Below are positions 41,048-58,817 of a stretch of DNA of 64,000 bases, piece by piece; the stretch's first letter is position 1, and each line of letters begins with the position of its first letter. The stretch lies in NCBI GenBank assembly GCA_030770535.1, contig JASVEC010000021.1, positions 310,001 to 374,000 on the forward strand, read 5' to 3'. The stretch is from Batkoa obscura. Lineage: Eukaryota. A model generated the notes under the pieces. That model was given only the letters and a program-made list of their open reading frames with translations, had not been told where the DNA came from and did no database searches. Made by a program: the position numbers and the translations under genes.

Positions 41048-42588
41048 CATTCAAATACTAATGCATCTACATCATTTTTTAATAATATATTTTTTCTTTC
41101 TTCATAATTCTTTTTAATGTTAAATCCAAGTAAATATTTACCATTTGATAAATAAATCTTATTGAGTTGGCCTAATAAAATAAAATTATTAATATTATTA
41201 CAACATTCAAATTGTAATATTTAAATTATAATATTTGAGTTACCTTGTTTATTATAATTAAAAATATTAACTTCATTTCCTTCAAAATCTTCTTTTTCAA
41301 TCTCATTCATAAATGAATAATTTAAATTATTCCTATATTTAATGTCATTTTTATTATTATTAGTGTATTTTAATAAATTTTGTTTAATTTCAAACAATTC
41401 ATTTGGATCTAATATTTCTAATATGTTATCATCAATATTAAACAAATGTGGCCATCGAGTATTATAATTCGATTTTTCTAAATAAATATTTAAAAATTGT
41501 TGATCTTGTATCGTCCAGTAACTTTCTTCTTCTATTATATTATCATACCATGATATATTATTATAATTTAATATTGGTAAATAAAATTGATTTTTTTTAA
41601 TTTTTATTTCATCACTTTGTTTTAAATATTGAATTTGTTCATTCGTTAACAATATTGTTATCGTTATATCTTCATTTGTTTGTGTCCAATAATATTTGGT
41701 TGAATTTTCAATATTTTTATTCTGTTGACTTTCTGTTTCTTCAATTGCTTTAATTCCTTCTTGATTATAAATTAATTGAAATTCATTATTACTTAATATA
41801 ATTAATTCCTCTTCTTTTACTTCATAATAACAATGTATAGGATTATCTTTACCTTGAAATATCTTATTTAAATTAAAATTCAAAATTGTATTCTCATTTT
41901 GATTTAATGTAAAATTATATTCTAATAATAAACATTTCTTATCCTTTTTATTCTTCCCTTCACTTCTATCTTCTTCATTATTAATATCATCGTTAACATT
42001 ATAATTACTTGATTTAATTAAAAGTTTAACACTATTGTTGTTAAATTGAGTGGCATATAAAAACAACATGTTGTTAGTCAATTTGGAATCCATATCACTT
42101 AAATTGAATTGTATTAAACTCACAATAGTAGCATCCACATTATTTAAATCTAATTTCAAAATATTAACTATTTGATTCAAATTAAATAGTAATAATCCAG
42201 TTCCATTCTCTTCATTAAATTGTAGTACTTTTAATTTTGGTATACCTACTTGATTGAAATCATTTAATGTAATAACTTCTTTCACTAATATCTCTTCTTG
42301 TTTGATTTTAACTAAATTAATTGTCCAATTTAAACTTAAATAAATTAAAATCTCTTCTCCATTATAATTGATTTTATTTCCAATTACATCTATTTGGTAA
42401 TATTGTGTCAAATACCACAATTTCTCTTTATCATTTAAATTTAACAAACCTTCTTTAATATCTCTATTTATTTTGGGTAATAACAGTTGTTCTACTGCAA
42501 AAGAATTGATTTGTTTACTTTTATAACCTTCAAAGTTAATGTTAATTAAGCTTCTATTACATTCTAATTGTTGAGTATCCACTTTCAT
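40751..42588 (-). CDS. NUDCD1: NudC-domain-containing protein 1-like (CS/p23 domain)
   Basis: YYWTQTNEDITI...ESYWTI...LEK...RWP CS domain; second exon carries DVDALVF and FNAIGYIQSSK-type motifs. Confidence 0.7.
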
Positions 42589-42960
42589 CTTTTTATATAA
42601 AAAACAAACTTGATTAAAAAGAGATCAGAAAATAAAGGTTTATGAATTTATAAACTATTGAATTCTAGAAATTTCATATTGATTTCATATAAAATTGTAT
42701 TCCATTTAGTAAAATTGAAATCAATTTTTAGAAAAATTACAAATAATATTTGCTAATATTTTTAAAATATAATACGTATGCACACTAAATAATTGATATT
42801 AAAATATATACTACAAAAAATCAATATATTTCAAATACTATTATTATATTAACTACAAAAAATTAATATTAAAAGGAGTTTGCAAAAGTATAATAGTTTA
42901 TAGTTAGTCAAATACAACAATCCCATATGTCATTATAAATATAGATTGATATCTTTTTAT

Positions 42961-44174
42961 TTAAACTTTAATATTTAAATATTTGGCATGAAAATTAAGA
43001 TGTTCATTAATAAAAGTTTGAATAAACCAATAGGAATGATCATAACCTTCACATACTTGAATAATGAATGGAGTTGATGAAGCTTCATTATTAGGAAACT
43101 TTTCGTTAACGATAACTTCTAAATTCTCTAATAACAATTCCTTCTTTTCTAAGAACTCATCACTTTCACCTTGATGAATAAGAATTGGCAGAATATTGCT
43201 TTGTTTTTTTAGCAATTCACAAGTATCATATTCAATCCATTTGGTTTCATCATTGCCTATGTAAAATAAAAGCATTATTATTATTATATGTTATTATATG
43301 CTATTAATTACCTAAATAACTTGACAATGCTTTTTTACCCCAATTGCAATTAATCGGATTACAAATAGGTGCAAATGCTGAACAACTTTTGAATTGATTC
43401 TTATTTTTTAATGCAATAGTAAGAGCACCATGACCTCCCTAATAAAAATAATTGTCAATATTTAATTCAACAAAAAAACATATTTTAATAATAAAATACC
43501 ATCGAATGACCAAATATAGATACTCTTTCTGAATCCTAATTATGTATTCTGTTAATATTTTCAACATTGAAATAACAATAAAAAAAATACTTACAATCGG
43601 AAAATTATTAAATATTAACTCACTTAACTCTTTGGTAATATATGTGTACATATTATAATGTTTGGTCCATTTACTTTCTGTTGCATCAACGTAAAAACCA
43701 GCACCTATATTATTAGTAAATTATCAGTCAATTAACTAATTGAATACAAATAAAACAAATTACCAGTTCCTAAATCATAACTATCATTTTCTCCTTCAAT
43801 ATTACAATTTCCTATGATTTAAAAAATTAACTATTTTATTATTGCTAATAATGATTTTCTTACTTGGGCTAGTATCTGGACAAACTAAAAATAAACCTAA
43901 TTGACTAGCTCTTGGAATCGCATTTGATTTTTGTATAAAGTTATCCTCTGTACAAGTTAATCCCGATAAATAAAATAAACCCTAAATTTAATATCAGTTC
44001 TCCATTAAACTAATAAAATGATTATAATATTACTGGATATTTAATGTTTTCTTGAATTGACGGTTGAAATATAGAAAACTTCATTTCACAATTACATGCT
44101 TCGCTATAATGGGAGTATTTTTGTACTACTCCACCATAACATTTATTGGAACTTATTAATTTTAAAGTACTCAT
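42961..44174 (-). CDS. ESD: S-formylglutathione hydrolase (esterase D)
   Basis: [50 protein letters not shown]. Confidence 0.95.
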
Positions 44175-44456
44175 TTGGATTTTTTTTAAAAGATGACGAA
44201 AATAATTTTGATTTTCTTGAAAATGACAAATGGTTAAACCAATTACACTTTATAATTAATTTAGTCCAAATATGCACTAATTTTTAGCTTATTTAAGAAC
44301 AAAAACTTGAAAGCTAAGCATCAAATTAGCGTAATAATAAGATTATTGATTATAAAAACCACCAATACATATTATAGATTTAAATTTTATATCTGTGGTA
44401 CGTAAATTTAATTCCAACTTTTAGTTTGATAAAAATATATATTCTTTATTAAAATT

Positions 44457-47029
<2,573 letters not shown>

Positions 47030-47922
47030 GAGATAAGTTTGATAATTGAAGTGGGTTATTAATACTTTTTAGAAGCTAAATTAGGAGAGAAATAGTATTA
47101 ATGAGTAGTTTTTTATTTCTCTAACTTTTATATTCTTTAATTTTAAAATGAATAAACTGACTCTATTGATTATAAAGTACGAAACGAAGCTTAAATAATT
47201 CTGATATCTAGAATTTTAATATCATTTTTAGAATTGTAACTTGTTAAATGAGTAATATTTACCACAATTTTTAAAAAGTTATTAAGTTTAGCTGTTTTTT
47301 CAAATTAAGCTAGATAAAAAAGTGGACAAAATACTGAAAAAAAAGCATACTCAAATGTAAACTAGAACTTTAAAAGCTTCTATTTGTAAAAATAAGATTA
47401 TTTATTTTAAGATTTTAAAATCTAAAAATATACTTGAAAATTTATTCAAATCATAAATTTCAAGCTTAAAATAGTGAAATAGTCAGAGCACTTGAATTTG
47501 AAATTAATTTATACTAAAAAAATATGACATCATAATTCAATAACCTAATTTTATTCCGTTATAAATTTTTATATTTATTTTATTTTATTTTACTTTATTA
47601 TCAATAATAATAATATTAAAGGTAATATAAAATAATCAATTTAACGATCATTGTCCTTTATAATTTTTTAGTTAAAAATTGAAATACTTAATAGTTCTAA
47701 TTTTCAACCATTTAAATCAACAAAAACATAATAAACTTAAAATAAACACTGGAGTTTTTGAAGACTTTAAATTTTTGAGCCAATCAAATCCTATCTTAAT
47801 ATTAAAATATCGAAACTTAGCTTAACCGGTAACTAACGAATTCAACCATTTTCAAGTGGAATATTTTTAAAATTATTGTGTTTTTTTATTTATTATTTTC
47901 ATTTTAAAAAGAAAAAAGAAAA

Positions 47923-50468
47923 ATGGGATTTTGTACCAGTTGTGGTGAATTAGCGAATACTCCTAGATGTCCAAGATGTAAAGGAAAAGTATCAAGTAAG
48001 AATGAAACCAATATTTATTTTTTATTTTTATTAATGGATTATTTATTTAGCGGCTACAGCTTCTGGATTAACAAATAGAGACGCTTGGTCTGCAACGTAA
48101 ATATTAATTATATATACATTAATAATAATAATAATAACAAATCTTTTAAAAAGATATTTGGATAAACCACAAAATAAAACATATGCACCCAACTTAAATA
48201 AATTAACTAAAAAACAAAGTATTGATAGCTCACTTAATTCGGACAAATTGGAGCAGGATACATTATCAATTGCTAGCTCTATTAAGGTATTAATTAAGCT
48301 AAAAGTTTTATGCTAGTATAATAATAATTTTTAATTTAGAAAGAGGAAGTTAAAACTAAAGAAATCTCAGTTAATAGACTAAGGGAGGGAAAATGGTAAT
48401 TTTAAAGTCATAAAGCTTGATTTTATTAATTAGTTAAAATAGTAATAAATGTTCATCAATGTTAAATTTGGGATCAGCTTTAACTATTGAATTTAATTCC
48501 AACCATTATCATCGAGTAATTAATTTTATTCTTTATTTAATATAATCTTATGGTTGTTTAGGCTTGTTTTATTTGTGAAACATGTTCCATACGATTGAAT
48601 CGATCTGGTTTTGAACTGGATGGAAAATTACAATGTAAAGATTGTTATGATAAACTAACAGCATCAACTCATTCTTCTCCTTCAATTAATACACCAGAGC
48701 AAGAAGTTGTTAGTTTAGAACATAAAGAAATTAACAAAGAAACAAAAGAAGATAACCCATTATTTATTAAACATCGACCAAGACATTCTTTTTCAGTTAA
48801 AGATTTGGAAAAAAATACCGAAAATTTATCAGATACATTAAAATTGTTAAATTTAGAAACCAAACCTTTAGAAAAAGAAGATGTTTCTAATTTAGTATCA
48901 CCTTCTTATTCAAAAACATTTCAAAATTTACAACAATCAGTAAATAAAAGTAATTTACCATCAACTTCTATTCGCGGTAGACCAAGAAATGTATCTGAAA
49001 CTTCTAGTGGATTATCGTTTGCTGATTTAATGGCTAGTAGAAGAGGAAAAGATTTTAAAGGGCCAACTTTTTCAAGACGTCCAATTTCAATGTTATCTTT
49101 AGATTCAAAATCAAAAAGAACAAGTTTACCAGTTCAATCTAAAGGACCAAATATATCAAATAATTTATCGCAAATATCTCCATTAGCTAATGTTGACGAT
49201 AATAACTTATCTAAAAGATCTTCTATGTTTGTTAGAAATAATAATCAGCTATCCAATAACAACAATATACAAGATAATACTACTAATGAGCCAAAATCAA
49301 TGATTAATATTACTAAATCAAATGATTTAAGTAAACGATTTTCACTTAATAAGACACGTCCAATTTCATTTAATTTTAATGACAAAAATAACAAGAATAC
49401 TTTAATCGATGACTTAAAATTAGATAAATTAGATAAATTAGATAAATTAGATAAATTAGATAAATTAGACAATTCAGATTGGACAAAAAATATTAATTTA
49501 GAAATAAATGAAACTAAATTAAAAGTACCAATTGAGCCTTCAAATAATAATAATATAGTTAAAGAAAACTTAAATGTAGAAAAAGAATCAATTAGTAATG
49601 AAGTCAATAAAAAATTAAATTGTAATAAATGTCAACAATCTATAATTGATACTTGGTTTCGATTATTAGATGGACGAATTTTACATAAAGAATGCTTTAC
49701 TTGTAGATCATGTAATAAGTTATTTGAAGATGGTAAATATAGTGTTTATAATGATGAAGAATATCATGCAGAAGTAAGTAAATAACATAGATAAAACAAA
49801 ATTAACATTTAATCAATCTACTAATTTATTAACGTATTTTTTAATATAGTGTTTGTTACAAATGACCTTAAGTCCAATGTCTGATGTTACAGCAGAACCA
49901 GAAGATTTATGTGATTGCTGTAGTTCCATTATAACTGGACCATGTTTTACATTAACCAATGGTCGTCAATATCATCCTAAATGTTTTATTTGTTTTGGTT
50001 GTAAAAAACAATTTGATCAAGGTACTTATATTTCTCAAGATGGGAAAGAATATCATCGTGAAGTAAGTGTAATTTGACTTGATTGATTTGATTGTATTTA
50101 ACATATAATTATTTAGTGTTTACCTAAAAAAGATCAAGTCATGTGTGGCAAATGTAATAAGTTTATTGAAGGTGTATTTGTTACTAACAATGGCACCAAT
50201 TTTCATTCCGAGGTAACAAATTTTTATAAAAATAGTTATTAAAAAATAAATTAATTGATTAATTCTTTTATTTGTATAGTGTTTTAGATGTACTGGATGT
50301 AAAATAGTAATTACACCAAGCACACCATTTGGAGAAGTATCACAACAACCTTATTGTGAACCATGTTTAATTCAACAACATACATCTAGACAAGCTTCGT
50401 TTGCAGTATCAGCTGCGAGACAAGAACAAAGAAGATCTAAATCTACTTCTTTTTCACTTCATTCTTAA
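47923..50468 (+). CDS. Multi-LIM-domain (paxillin-like) protein
   Basis: N-terminal CxxC...CPRC; one upstream and three C-terminal LIM motifs (CxxC...HxxCFxCxxC...). Confidence 0.85.
49420..49470 (+). repeat. Coding 9-bp tandem repeat (TTAGATAAA)x5-6 encoding (LDK)n
   Basis: Direct reading of the sequence. Confidence 0.9.
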
Positions 50469-50558
50469 CTATTTTTTGTAAACATTTTCATTTTACCATT
50501 CATCTATTTTTAAATAATTATAATTGTATTTCTTTATTTAATTTGAATTGAATCGAAT

Positions 50559-50665
50559 ATTTGGGAGTGTTTTTTTTGACTCCATTATTTTTTCCATTTT
50601 TTAAGTGCTATTTAAGCGGAAAATTTATTAGTAAGATTCTTAAACACAGAAATACATCCCCATTT
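50559..50665 (-). mobile_element. ~100-bp MITE copy 14
   Basis: Reverse orientation; flanks ATTT/ATTT. Confidence 0.9.
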
Positions 50666-51095
50666 CATATTTTTATATCCGTTATCGTTTTAAGCAGTGC
50701 TTTTACATTTAAGATCTTGTTAAATTGGTTTATTCTATTATTAGTAAACTTTTATTTTTATTATTATGGAACTTTCTTTATCTTTTATTTAAATTTAATA
50801 AAAATCATAACTTAGAATTTTATAAGTAATTCTTTATATTTCAAACAAGAAGGGTTTGAAATCTAGGTTGACCCAAAATAATTTATAATAGATAAAACAT
50901 TAGAGAATCTTTAAGGATGTAGGATTTAGATTAATATCTTTTTAAAACTAAATCTATAAAATTATTTTAAATATTTTATAACAAATTAAACATAATAAAA
51001 ATTCCATAACGAAATTATTGAATATAAAGTAAAATTAAATAAGTAAATAGTTTATTAAAGATAGGGGTATAATTTAAAAAGTAATCTTAAATTTG

Positions 51096-53389
51096 TCATC
51101 CTCGACTTGTAAAATTCATAATCTCAAGCCAAGTGGAATTATCTGTACTCACTGCTGCAACACAATGGGATTGATTCGACTTAATTTGCCATACCCCATT
51201 AACTTCTTCAACTAAATTTCTAACAAATTTCCCTGTTTTTGTATCCCAAAGCTTAATTCCTCCATCCGATCCAGAAACAATTCTAGATCCATTGACACTT
51301 ATTGACATAATGGCTGCTTGATGACCTTTGAAAGAATGAAGGCATTCAAATGTAATTGGATCCCAAACTCGAATTACAGCATCGGCCCCAGCTGAAACTA
51401 AATAATGTGGTGATAATTGCAAGAGTCCAACTAAACCATTATGATCTAATTTATTTTTAATATAGATCTTTATCATATAATATTGACTTACCACTAAGTA
51501 CATGAAGACATGCTCCACTTTCAATATCCCATACACGTATAGTATGATCTAAACTTCCACTAATACATCGCTTATTTTGGTGATCTAATACTACACTATA
51601 TACTTTGTTGTTATGTCCAGTTAAATGTTTTACCTCTTTACCACTACTGAGATCCCAAACTTTAACGGTGCTATCATAACTCCCACTAACAAGGCAATTC
51701 CCATGAGCTGCCAATGCTCTTACTGAAGCATTATGTCCAGAAAGTACATGTAATAAATAAGGATTTTCTTTATCAGCATGCTCAAAATCTTCATGTTCAT
51801 CCAATTCTGGAGAAGGTAAGCGCCATACCCTTAAATCAAAATCTCTCGAGCCAGTTACAAGTAAAGGACAAGTTGGCTCTTGCCTTTTGACAGTTCTATA
51901 CTGATCCTTTTCATAAACATCGACTGGGAGTACAATTTGTAAACATCTAATAGTACTAGTATGTCCATCAAAAACATGTGAACATATCCCATTTTTGAGA
52001 TCCCAAACTCTTACAGTTCGATCGGTAGACCCAGTAACCAAAGTGTTCCCAACAAATTGTAAGGTCCATACCCCTCCTTCATGCCCACAAAGTTCATGTA
52101 AAAGATCCCCACTATTAATATCATAGACCAAAACTGGGGAAGTTTCGGAGCCTATTACAAGTTTATGTTCATCAAACTGAAGACAAGTTATTACTTGGAC
52201 TTTTTCTATTTGAATTCTAATATGCTCTGGTTTGCCATTGTTCCAGTTTTTAATGGTTGAATAGCGTTCTTTATAAAGTGACATCCATGGTTTATTGCTC
52301 TCAAATTCTTTATAAAACGGTGTTATCCTTGAATGCTTAGTTATCAATCTTTTCACCTCAAGTTTGGTTAAAACATATTCCTCTTCGTTAAGTAGATCAT
52401 ATTCTGATTGATATCCAAGTCCCCATTTATTTAATACTCTAGGTGAAACTGGTTCTGGTTCAATAGCTAAAGCATCTGATTGAACTCTTCTCTTCCATAA
52501 AGCCACATCATTCTTAATGATATTGCTCCATCTTTTGCTTACTTGAGAGGAACTACATAGAGATTTTGCATCCAGTTTTCCAAATATATTTGTTAGTATT
52601 TCTGGAGGAAATATGGTTATAAAGTCTTGTTTCAAATTCGGTAACAAGTGTGAAGCAATAGCTTGTAGTGATTTGCGATTCATACGTCTTAATAAGTGAT
52701 TTACAAAGTAAATTTGAAGCTTCGGTGATAGTTCATCAAATTGATTGATGATTTTTGGAAATAAATCAAAAAAATCAGGGTCTGTTTGTGTTTCGGTTGG
52801 ACCTGGTTTGCTATTTTCTTGATTAGACAAAATAGATAAAGAGGGAGAGGGTGGAGCAAAAACATCGCTACATCCTTCTTCATTTAATGAAAAACTTGAT
52901 ATAGTATTTGGTTCAAGGTTTTCGAGTGTATCAGCTTGAATTTCATTTTCATGATTGACAAAATCTACTTCCAAATTAATATTAGAGCATAATTTCTTAA
53001 ATGGTATATTGTTATTAAATAACTCAAAGCTTTTGGCTGAAAAGCAATCTTCAGCAATACGTTTTTTATAATTTGGGATCATCTAAAATAAATTAGTAAA
53101 GTATAATTATAAATAAGGGAATAATTACTTTAGTTCCGTTAAGGCAGTAATTGTAACCTGAAGTACCTTTTTCAGTTGATTCAGTGAATTGATAATCCCC
53201 ATCCTCAAATTGAGCATTAAATTGAGTTAAATGTTTAGGAGTTTTTTTATTAGCTAATGGATATTCCTTCGACTTCTTAGTGCAAGGTATTTTAATCGAA
53301 CAAGAAGTCATAAATTGCTTATTTGACATCACCTCATTATTGCCGCCTTGAGTTGCTGTTCTTTTAACTTTATCATCCTCACTTCCCAT
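51096..53389 (-). CDS. CDC4: F-box/WD40 SCF substrate receptor Cdc4/Fbxw7, 3 exons
   Basis: DFITIFPPEILTNIF F-box; VITCLQFD, GHEGGVW, GHTSTIRCL WD repeats. Confidence 0.92.
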
Positions 53390-53862
53390 GTTTATTTAAC
53401 TGTTAAAAATGATCCCCTTTTTTTCCTCCTTTCCACTTAAGTTCAATTTTGTTTATGCAATTTTTAAATTGTGCATTGGAATTAAAAATATATCAAAGCG
53501 ACCATCATTTAAACCAATGAAATGTTCAACTTTTACTATCTTGAAAAAATGAACAGTATAAAGCACCAACTGCTATTTAACAAAGTTCAACAATCTATTT
53601 TGATTTTGATTTAAGATATATTTTTGTTCTATGTAGTTATAAAAGAAAATTATTCTCTTCAAAAGCTTGTTTAATGACTATATCATTTTTTATAAAACTC
53701 TTTGTTATCTTGTATAATAAAACGAAGTATTAAAATACTACAGAATTCTTTTTATTTTCTTAATAAAATTAATTGATTGGACATCATCTTATTATTGAAA
53801 CTTTTTTAAATTTACTGTTAAAAAAGTATTTCCTTTTTTATTATTTTCAACTCAAATTAAAC

Positions 53863-55171
53863 ATGACATTGAAATTCTTAAGTCCAGAAAATATACCAAA
53901 GCAAATAAGTTTAGAAGATGAAATAGTAAAGAAAGAGAACACCGATAAGAAAATTTTAGATGGTAAGGTGGTCACTCCTGGTGATGTTATTACTACAGAC
54001 TTAACTTTTATGAGGTAGTTTTAGTTTAAAAGTAATGATTTCAACTAAATGTCAATTTAAAGGGGTTTTGGTACCTATAAAGATGGAGATTGTATTAGAT
54101 CCTCGGTAGCAGGCACTGTTGGAGTATTAAATAAACTTATAACTGCTACTTCATTGAGGGCGAGGTAAGGAAATTAAGTCGAATATTGACAAAAATTAAT
54201 AAAATAGATATTCAGGAGAGATAGGAGATGTAGTGGTGGCAAGAATAACAGAGGTAACAACACAGATAGTCAATTTAATTTAAGACTAAACAAATCTAGG
54301 TCTCCCAAAAACGCTGGAAAGTAGATGTCAATTCTAGACAAGATGGTATTTTGTTACTTTCTTCAGTTATCTTGCCCGGTGGTGTTCAGGTATTTTGTTT
54401 TAATGTTTAGTGGTAATTATTTAATTTTATTTAAGAGAAGAAAATCTGAATCTGATGAACTTAAAATGAGACAATTATTAAGCGAAGGAGATTTATTGGT
54501 TGTAAGTATTTTTATTTTTCAAAAAGGTTGAAGAGAGTATAGAGACTGAATGCATTTTATTTGATTAAATAATGAGATTATTTTTAAAATGTTAGTATTA
54601 AAATGTGATTCTAGGCCGAAGTTCATGCTTTTTATGGTGATGCAATTTCACTACATACCCGTAGTATTAAATATGGAAAAGTAAGCTTATTTTGTTTTAT
54701 GCTTATTTATTAATACTATTTTAACAGCTTAGAAATGGTTGTTTAGTACAAATACCACCTTTATTAGTTCAACGTTCAAGATCTCATTTTGCGTTATTAT
54801 CATGTGGTGTTAATGTAATATTCGGATTAAATGGTTATATTTGGGTTAGTAAATATATCACGGACGAGATTGAAGAAATATCTGAAGATAATATATTCTC
54901 TTCAAAAAATGAGGTAATAAGATGCTAATCAGTAGCTAACAAATCTATAATACAAAATTAGGATATAACAGATACTGAAAGAGAAACAATTGCTAGAGTT
55001 GCAAATTGTATTAGAGCTTTAAGTATCTCCTCTGTACCTGTGTCTGAGACTTCTGTAAATTTTGCTTATGAGGCTTCATTACAATATGATACAAAAGAAT
55101 TGTTAATAACTTCATTTGCACAATCTGTTGCTTATGAAGCTTTAGAAAAAACAGCCATGATTAACTATTAG
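53863..55171 (+). CDS. RRP4: Exosome cap subunit Rrp4 (EXOSC2)
   Basis: VTPGDVIT...FMRG.GTY; Y.GEIGDVVVARI; LSSV.LPGGV.RRKSESDEL.MR; LHTRS.KYGKLRNG; GLNGYIW. Confidence 0.93.
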
Positions 55172-55482
55172 TAATTCTTATCATTATTGAAAAATAGCTT
55201 TGGTTTTATAGATTTTTTTTGAATTAAATAAGTTAATATCAAAGCTTTCTTTGTGGTTTATTCGGTACATTATTTTACGTGCAAAATAGTTAAAATGATT
55301 TAATTAAGTTTCAACTTTTTAAAAAGTAATGATGACTAAAACTGAAAACTACTAATTAAAATTCGATAACCAGATTAATTTTTATTATAAGTATAAATTA
55401 TATAATGACTACAATTATCTCAATACGCTTGAAATTTACGAAGAACAAATTGAACATATATATTCAGACTGTAAAATAGGTT

Positions 55483-55580
55483 ATATGAGGGTGTTTTTTT
55501 ATTTAGTCACTTTCTCCATTTTTCAAGCGCTATTTGAATAGAATAATTGTTAGTAAAATTTTAAAAAATGATCCTTATAT
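55483..55580 (-). mobile_element. ~100-bp MITE copy 15 (small deletion)
   Basis: Reverse orientation; flanks ATAT/ATAT. Confidence 0.8.
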
Positions 55581-56063
55581 AATGTTTTTCATCTTTATAT
55601 TTTTTAGTTTCTGATGCAACAAAGTCGAGTTTATTGTGAATGGATTTTCTCGTTTAAGGATCTAATAGTAGTTCTATTACGATATCTTTGATATAAATAT
55701 GATTTGCATCAAACTTTATATTTTTAACACCTTGGTCATATAGTACATTATTAATAAACTATAATTATGTTGAAATTCTCATAGTTGCATTTTGTCATTC
55801 GCACATTGCACAATACATAAAGCTATTTAAGGTCAAAATGCTAAATATCAAAATGAATAATAAAATGAATTTGACAATTCATAGTTAACTAAAACTCCAA
55901 ACTTGGTGTAAGATTTTTAAATTTTTAAATTTAATGTTAACAAATAATTGGTTAAAATCAAAAAGGAACGTAGATAAAAATGATTGGGAAGAAAAACAAA
56001 TTTAAAAAAAAAGCTTTAAAACAAAAAAAAAATACTTAAACATTTTATTCTTTTTATAAAAAA

Positions 56064-56426
56064 ATGGAGAAAGTAAACGATTTAACTGAAGCTCCAAAAC
56101 ATTTCGTAAAAGAAAGTATTGAACTACTTGACCGTTGTGCTAAGCCTTCTCGTAGAGGTATATATTTATTGAAATTTATTTATTTAAATAGTTAAAACTT
56201 GAAACTAGAATTTATTCAAATTTCCCAAGCTGTAGCTGTTGGGTTCTTTATTATGGGTTTCATCGGCTATTTTGTCAAAGTAAGTTTTAAAGTTTATTTT
56301 TGTATTCGTCATTTATTAAATTATTATTAGCTTGTTCATATTCCTATCAATAATATCATTGTGTAAGTTTTGTTTTAATTTTAGCGAGATTTATTTGATT
56401 AATATTTTTTTAGCGGTGGTGCTTAA
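56064..56426 (+). CDS. SSS1: Sec61 translocon gamma subunit, 4 exons
   Basis: RCAKPSRREF...[31 protein letters not shown]. Confidence 0.95.
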
Positions 56427-56966
56427 ATAATAACTTGAGATACGAGCTATTTCTTTAACTATTATAAATTTTATCAACTAGTCTACCATCCTTTTTATTT
56501 TTTATAAGATAATACTTTAATATGTTTTATTTTTCAGTTTTAAAAAATAAATTAGTACTAGTAAATCTTGGTCGTTGAGTTTAAAAGTATTTTATATTAA
56601 AAGTGGTATTTTTAAAAGGAACAGTTGATATAAGGATTTAGGTTGATTTTATTTACAAATTGAACATAAACAACTGCAATAGGTTTTATCATACCTACAA
56701 ATCATATGTTTGTTTAATATCACATTTAAAGATATTTAAACAATAATAAAGATGTTGTATGTATAAATTCCTTCATATTGTTCTAATCTTAATTTTTATA
56801 AACACAAGATCCGTTTTGTATTTTTTAATTATGATAATATCAGCTAAATACTAAAGTTATCTACTTCAATCTTAATTTCATTTATTTATTTTCATAAACT
56901 ATTTCGACTTATTTCATAACATATGACGCTTGATCTAATTATATTTTATATAAACTACTATTTAAG

Positions 56967-57072
56967 ATATGGGGATGTATTTCTGTATTTAAGAATTTTA
57001 CTAACAACCTTTCCGCTCAAATAGCGCTTAGAAGATGCAAAAAGTAATGAAATCAAAAAACCATCCTCATAT
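56967..57072 (+). mobile_element. ~100-bp MITE copy 16
   Basis: GGGGATG...CATCCTC; flanks ATAT/ATAT. Confidence 0.9.
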
Positions 57073-57155
57073 AAATAAAATGAGAACATCAGTTAAGTAA
57101 TAATTAAATTTGAAAATTAAGCTTTAATCCTTTAATAATGAGTACAAAAAACAGG

Positions 57156-58817
57156 TTATAATTCTTCTTCAGAACGAGGACGTGGTTTTAAAACAAGTTC
57201 TTGACCAGTAACTCTTTTATATATGTCTTTAATATCATCACAAACGGTACCAAAGTGTGAAGTAGCATCATAAGATTTAGAAATAAAAATCTGTTCAACA
57301 GTACCATCATTCTCTGGTTCTAATAAATCACTTACATAAGTGAATCTAAAATTATTAGCTTCAATAGGATACAAGATTAAATTTAAATTACTTTTCATGA
57401 ATTGGACCCAAAAGTTTATAGGCTGGTTCTAATTCCTCATGAGGATTATCAGTTTCAACAATGGTGGATACAATGGCAAGGTAATAATCCTTAGCACAAA
57501 TGTTATGAGCTGAAGACACACAAGCAATATAAATGTCTTGTTTACGGCTAACTTGGTTTTGTGGGATAATAAGTTGCACGGAATCAGCATTATCAGTGTT
57601 TGGAATAGGAGCCTTTAAGAGACAGATTGAACGAACAACTTGCCCTACCTTCTTAACTTTATCAGAGAAGTAAGATGGATCACCAATAACTTGCTTAGCA
57701 CGAGCAACCTATATAAACAGGTTAATATCTTAGTTATTAGCATAATCACAACTGTAATACCTCATCACCAGAACGAACGCCGGCAAATTTACCATTTTCA
57801 ATTACAATCTCATCAACTTTTTTATCAAGCATATAAGTACCTCCATAAATAGCACTTAATCTAAATGATATACATTAATATACGCTTAATAGTTAATAAA
57901 TGATTGATGTACCTAGCAAAACCTTGAGGAAGTTCACCAAGGCCATAAAGAGGATAAATATATGGACTTTTACCATATCTTGCCATAGAGGAAACATAAA
58001 GCATGATCTTTTCATAAGTTTCAAAAGCTGGCTTAGTTAAATAGCTAAAATTCATAAGTAAACCAGATATAAAACAAGTATAAATAAATTACTCATCATC
58101 AAGCTGAAGAGCAAGAGCATGACCAATGAAATCCTGTGTACCAGGCTCAAGACCGAATTTCTTATATACTTCGGACATATTATCGGTATGAAGGTTTAAA
58201 CCTAGGAAAGATTAGATCGGATAAAAATTTATAAGTAAATCAAACTACCTTGATGGGTAGTTGAGTCTTGTGCATTATAATTTTGAATAAATTCAAAGAA
58301 TTTTTTAGCGCGTCTCTTTTCAAAGAGTCCCATGAGGGGAGAAGATAAAGCTTCCATTTCAGTGGCTGGAACTTTAGAGATTCTACCATCACGATATACA
58401 TAAGAGCCAGAAATTTGTTTAAATTCAAGATAACGAGTAACGTCAGTATGAAGAAGGATTTGGGTAAGTTGACCGTTAGCCATCATGAATTTAGGGATTA
58501 AATCAATAGAATAATCGCGGTCACGGCCAAGTTCTGCTGGTGGTTCGGAATTCTTGAATTTTTTGTAGATCTATTACATTATAAATATAAGCAAGTATAT
58601 TATTTAATAGTATTTACTTGAGTTAAATTTAAACTAGCACTCTCAGCACCATAATAGTCATTACGGTCCATGTGTAAAACTTTCTTTCCTTCAACGGAAA
58701 GGATACCAGATAAAACACACTCGGTTAAACCGGTACCAAGAATAATGACATCGTATTGCTCATCCTAGTCAACTGTTGAACATTTAAATTATAGGAAGTA
58801 ATTGTTTATTTTACCAT
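57156..58817 (-). CDS. GDI1: Rab GDP-dissociation inhibitor
   Basis: [65 protein letters not shown]. Confidence 0.96.

Noticed and set aside
50561..50815. Mutually similar short ORFs here and at 25921, 31114 and 37911 that look like a small-protein family
   Set aside because: The similarity comes from reading through the MITE; some start at TTG and the frames are not conserved among copies
55608..55716. Weak inverted repeat (TGATGCAA...TTGCATCA)
   Set aside because: Arms are short, no TSD and no second copy seen
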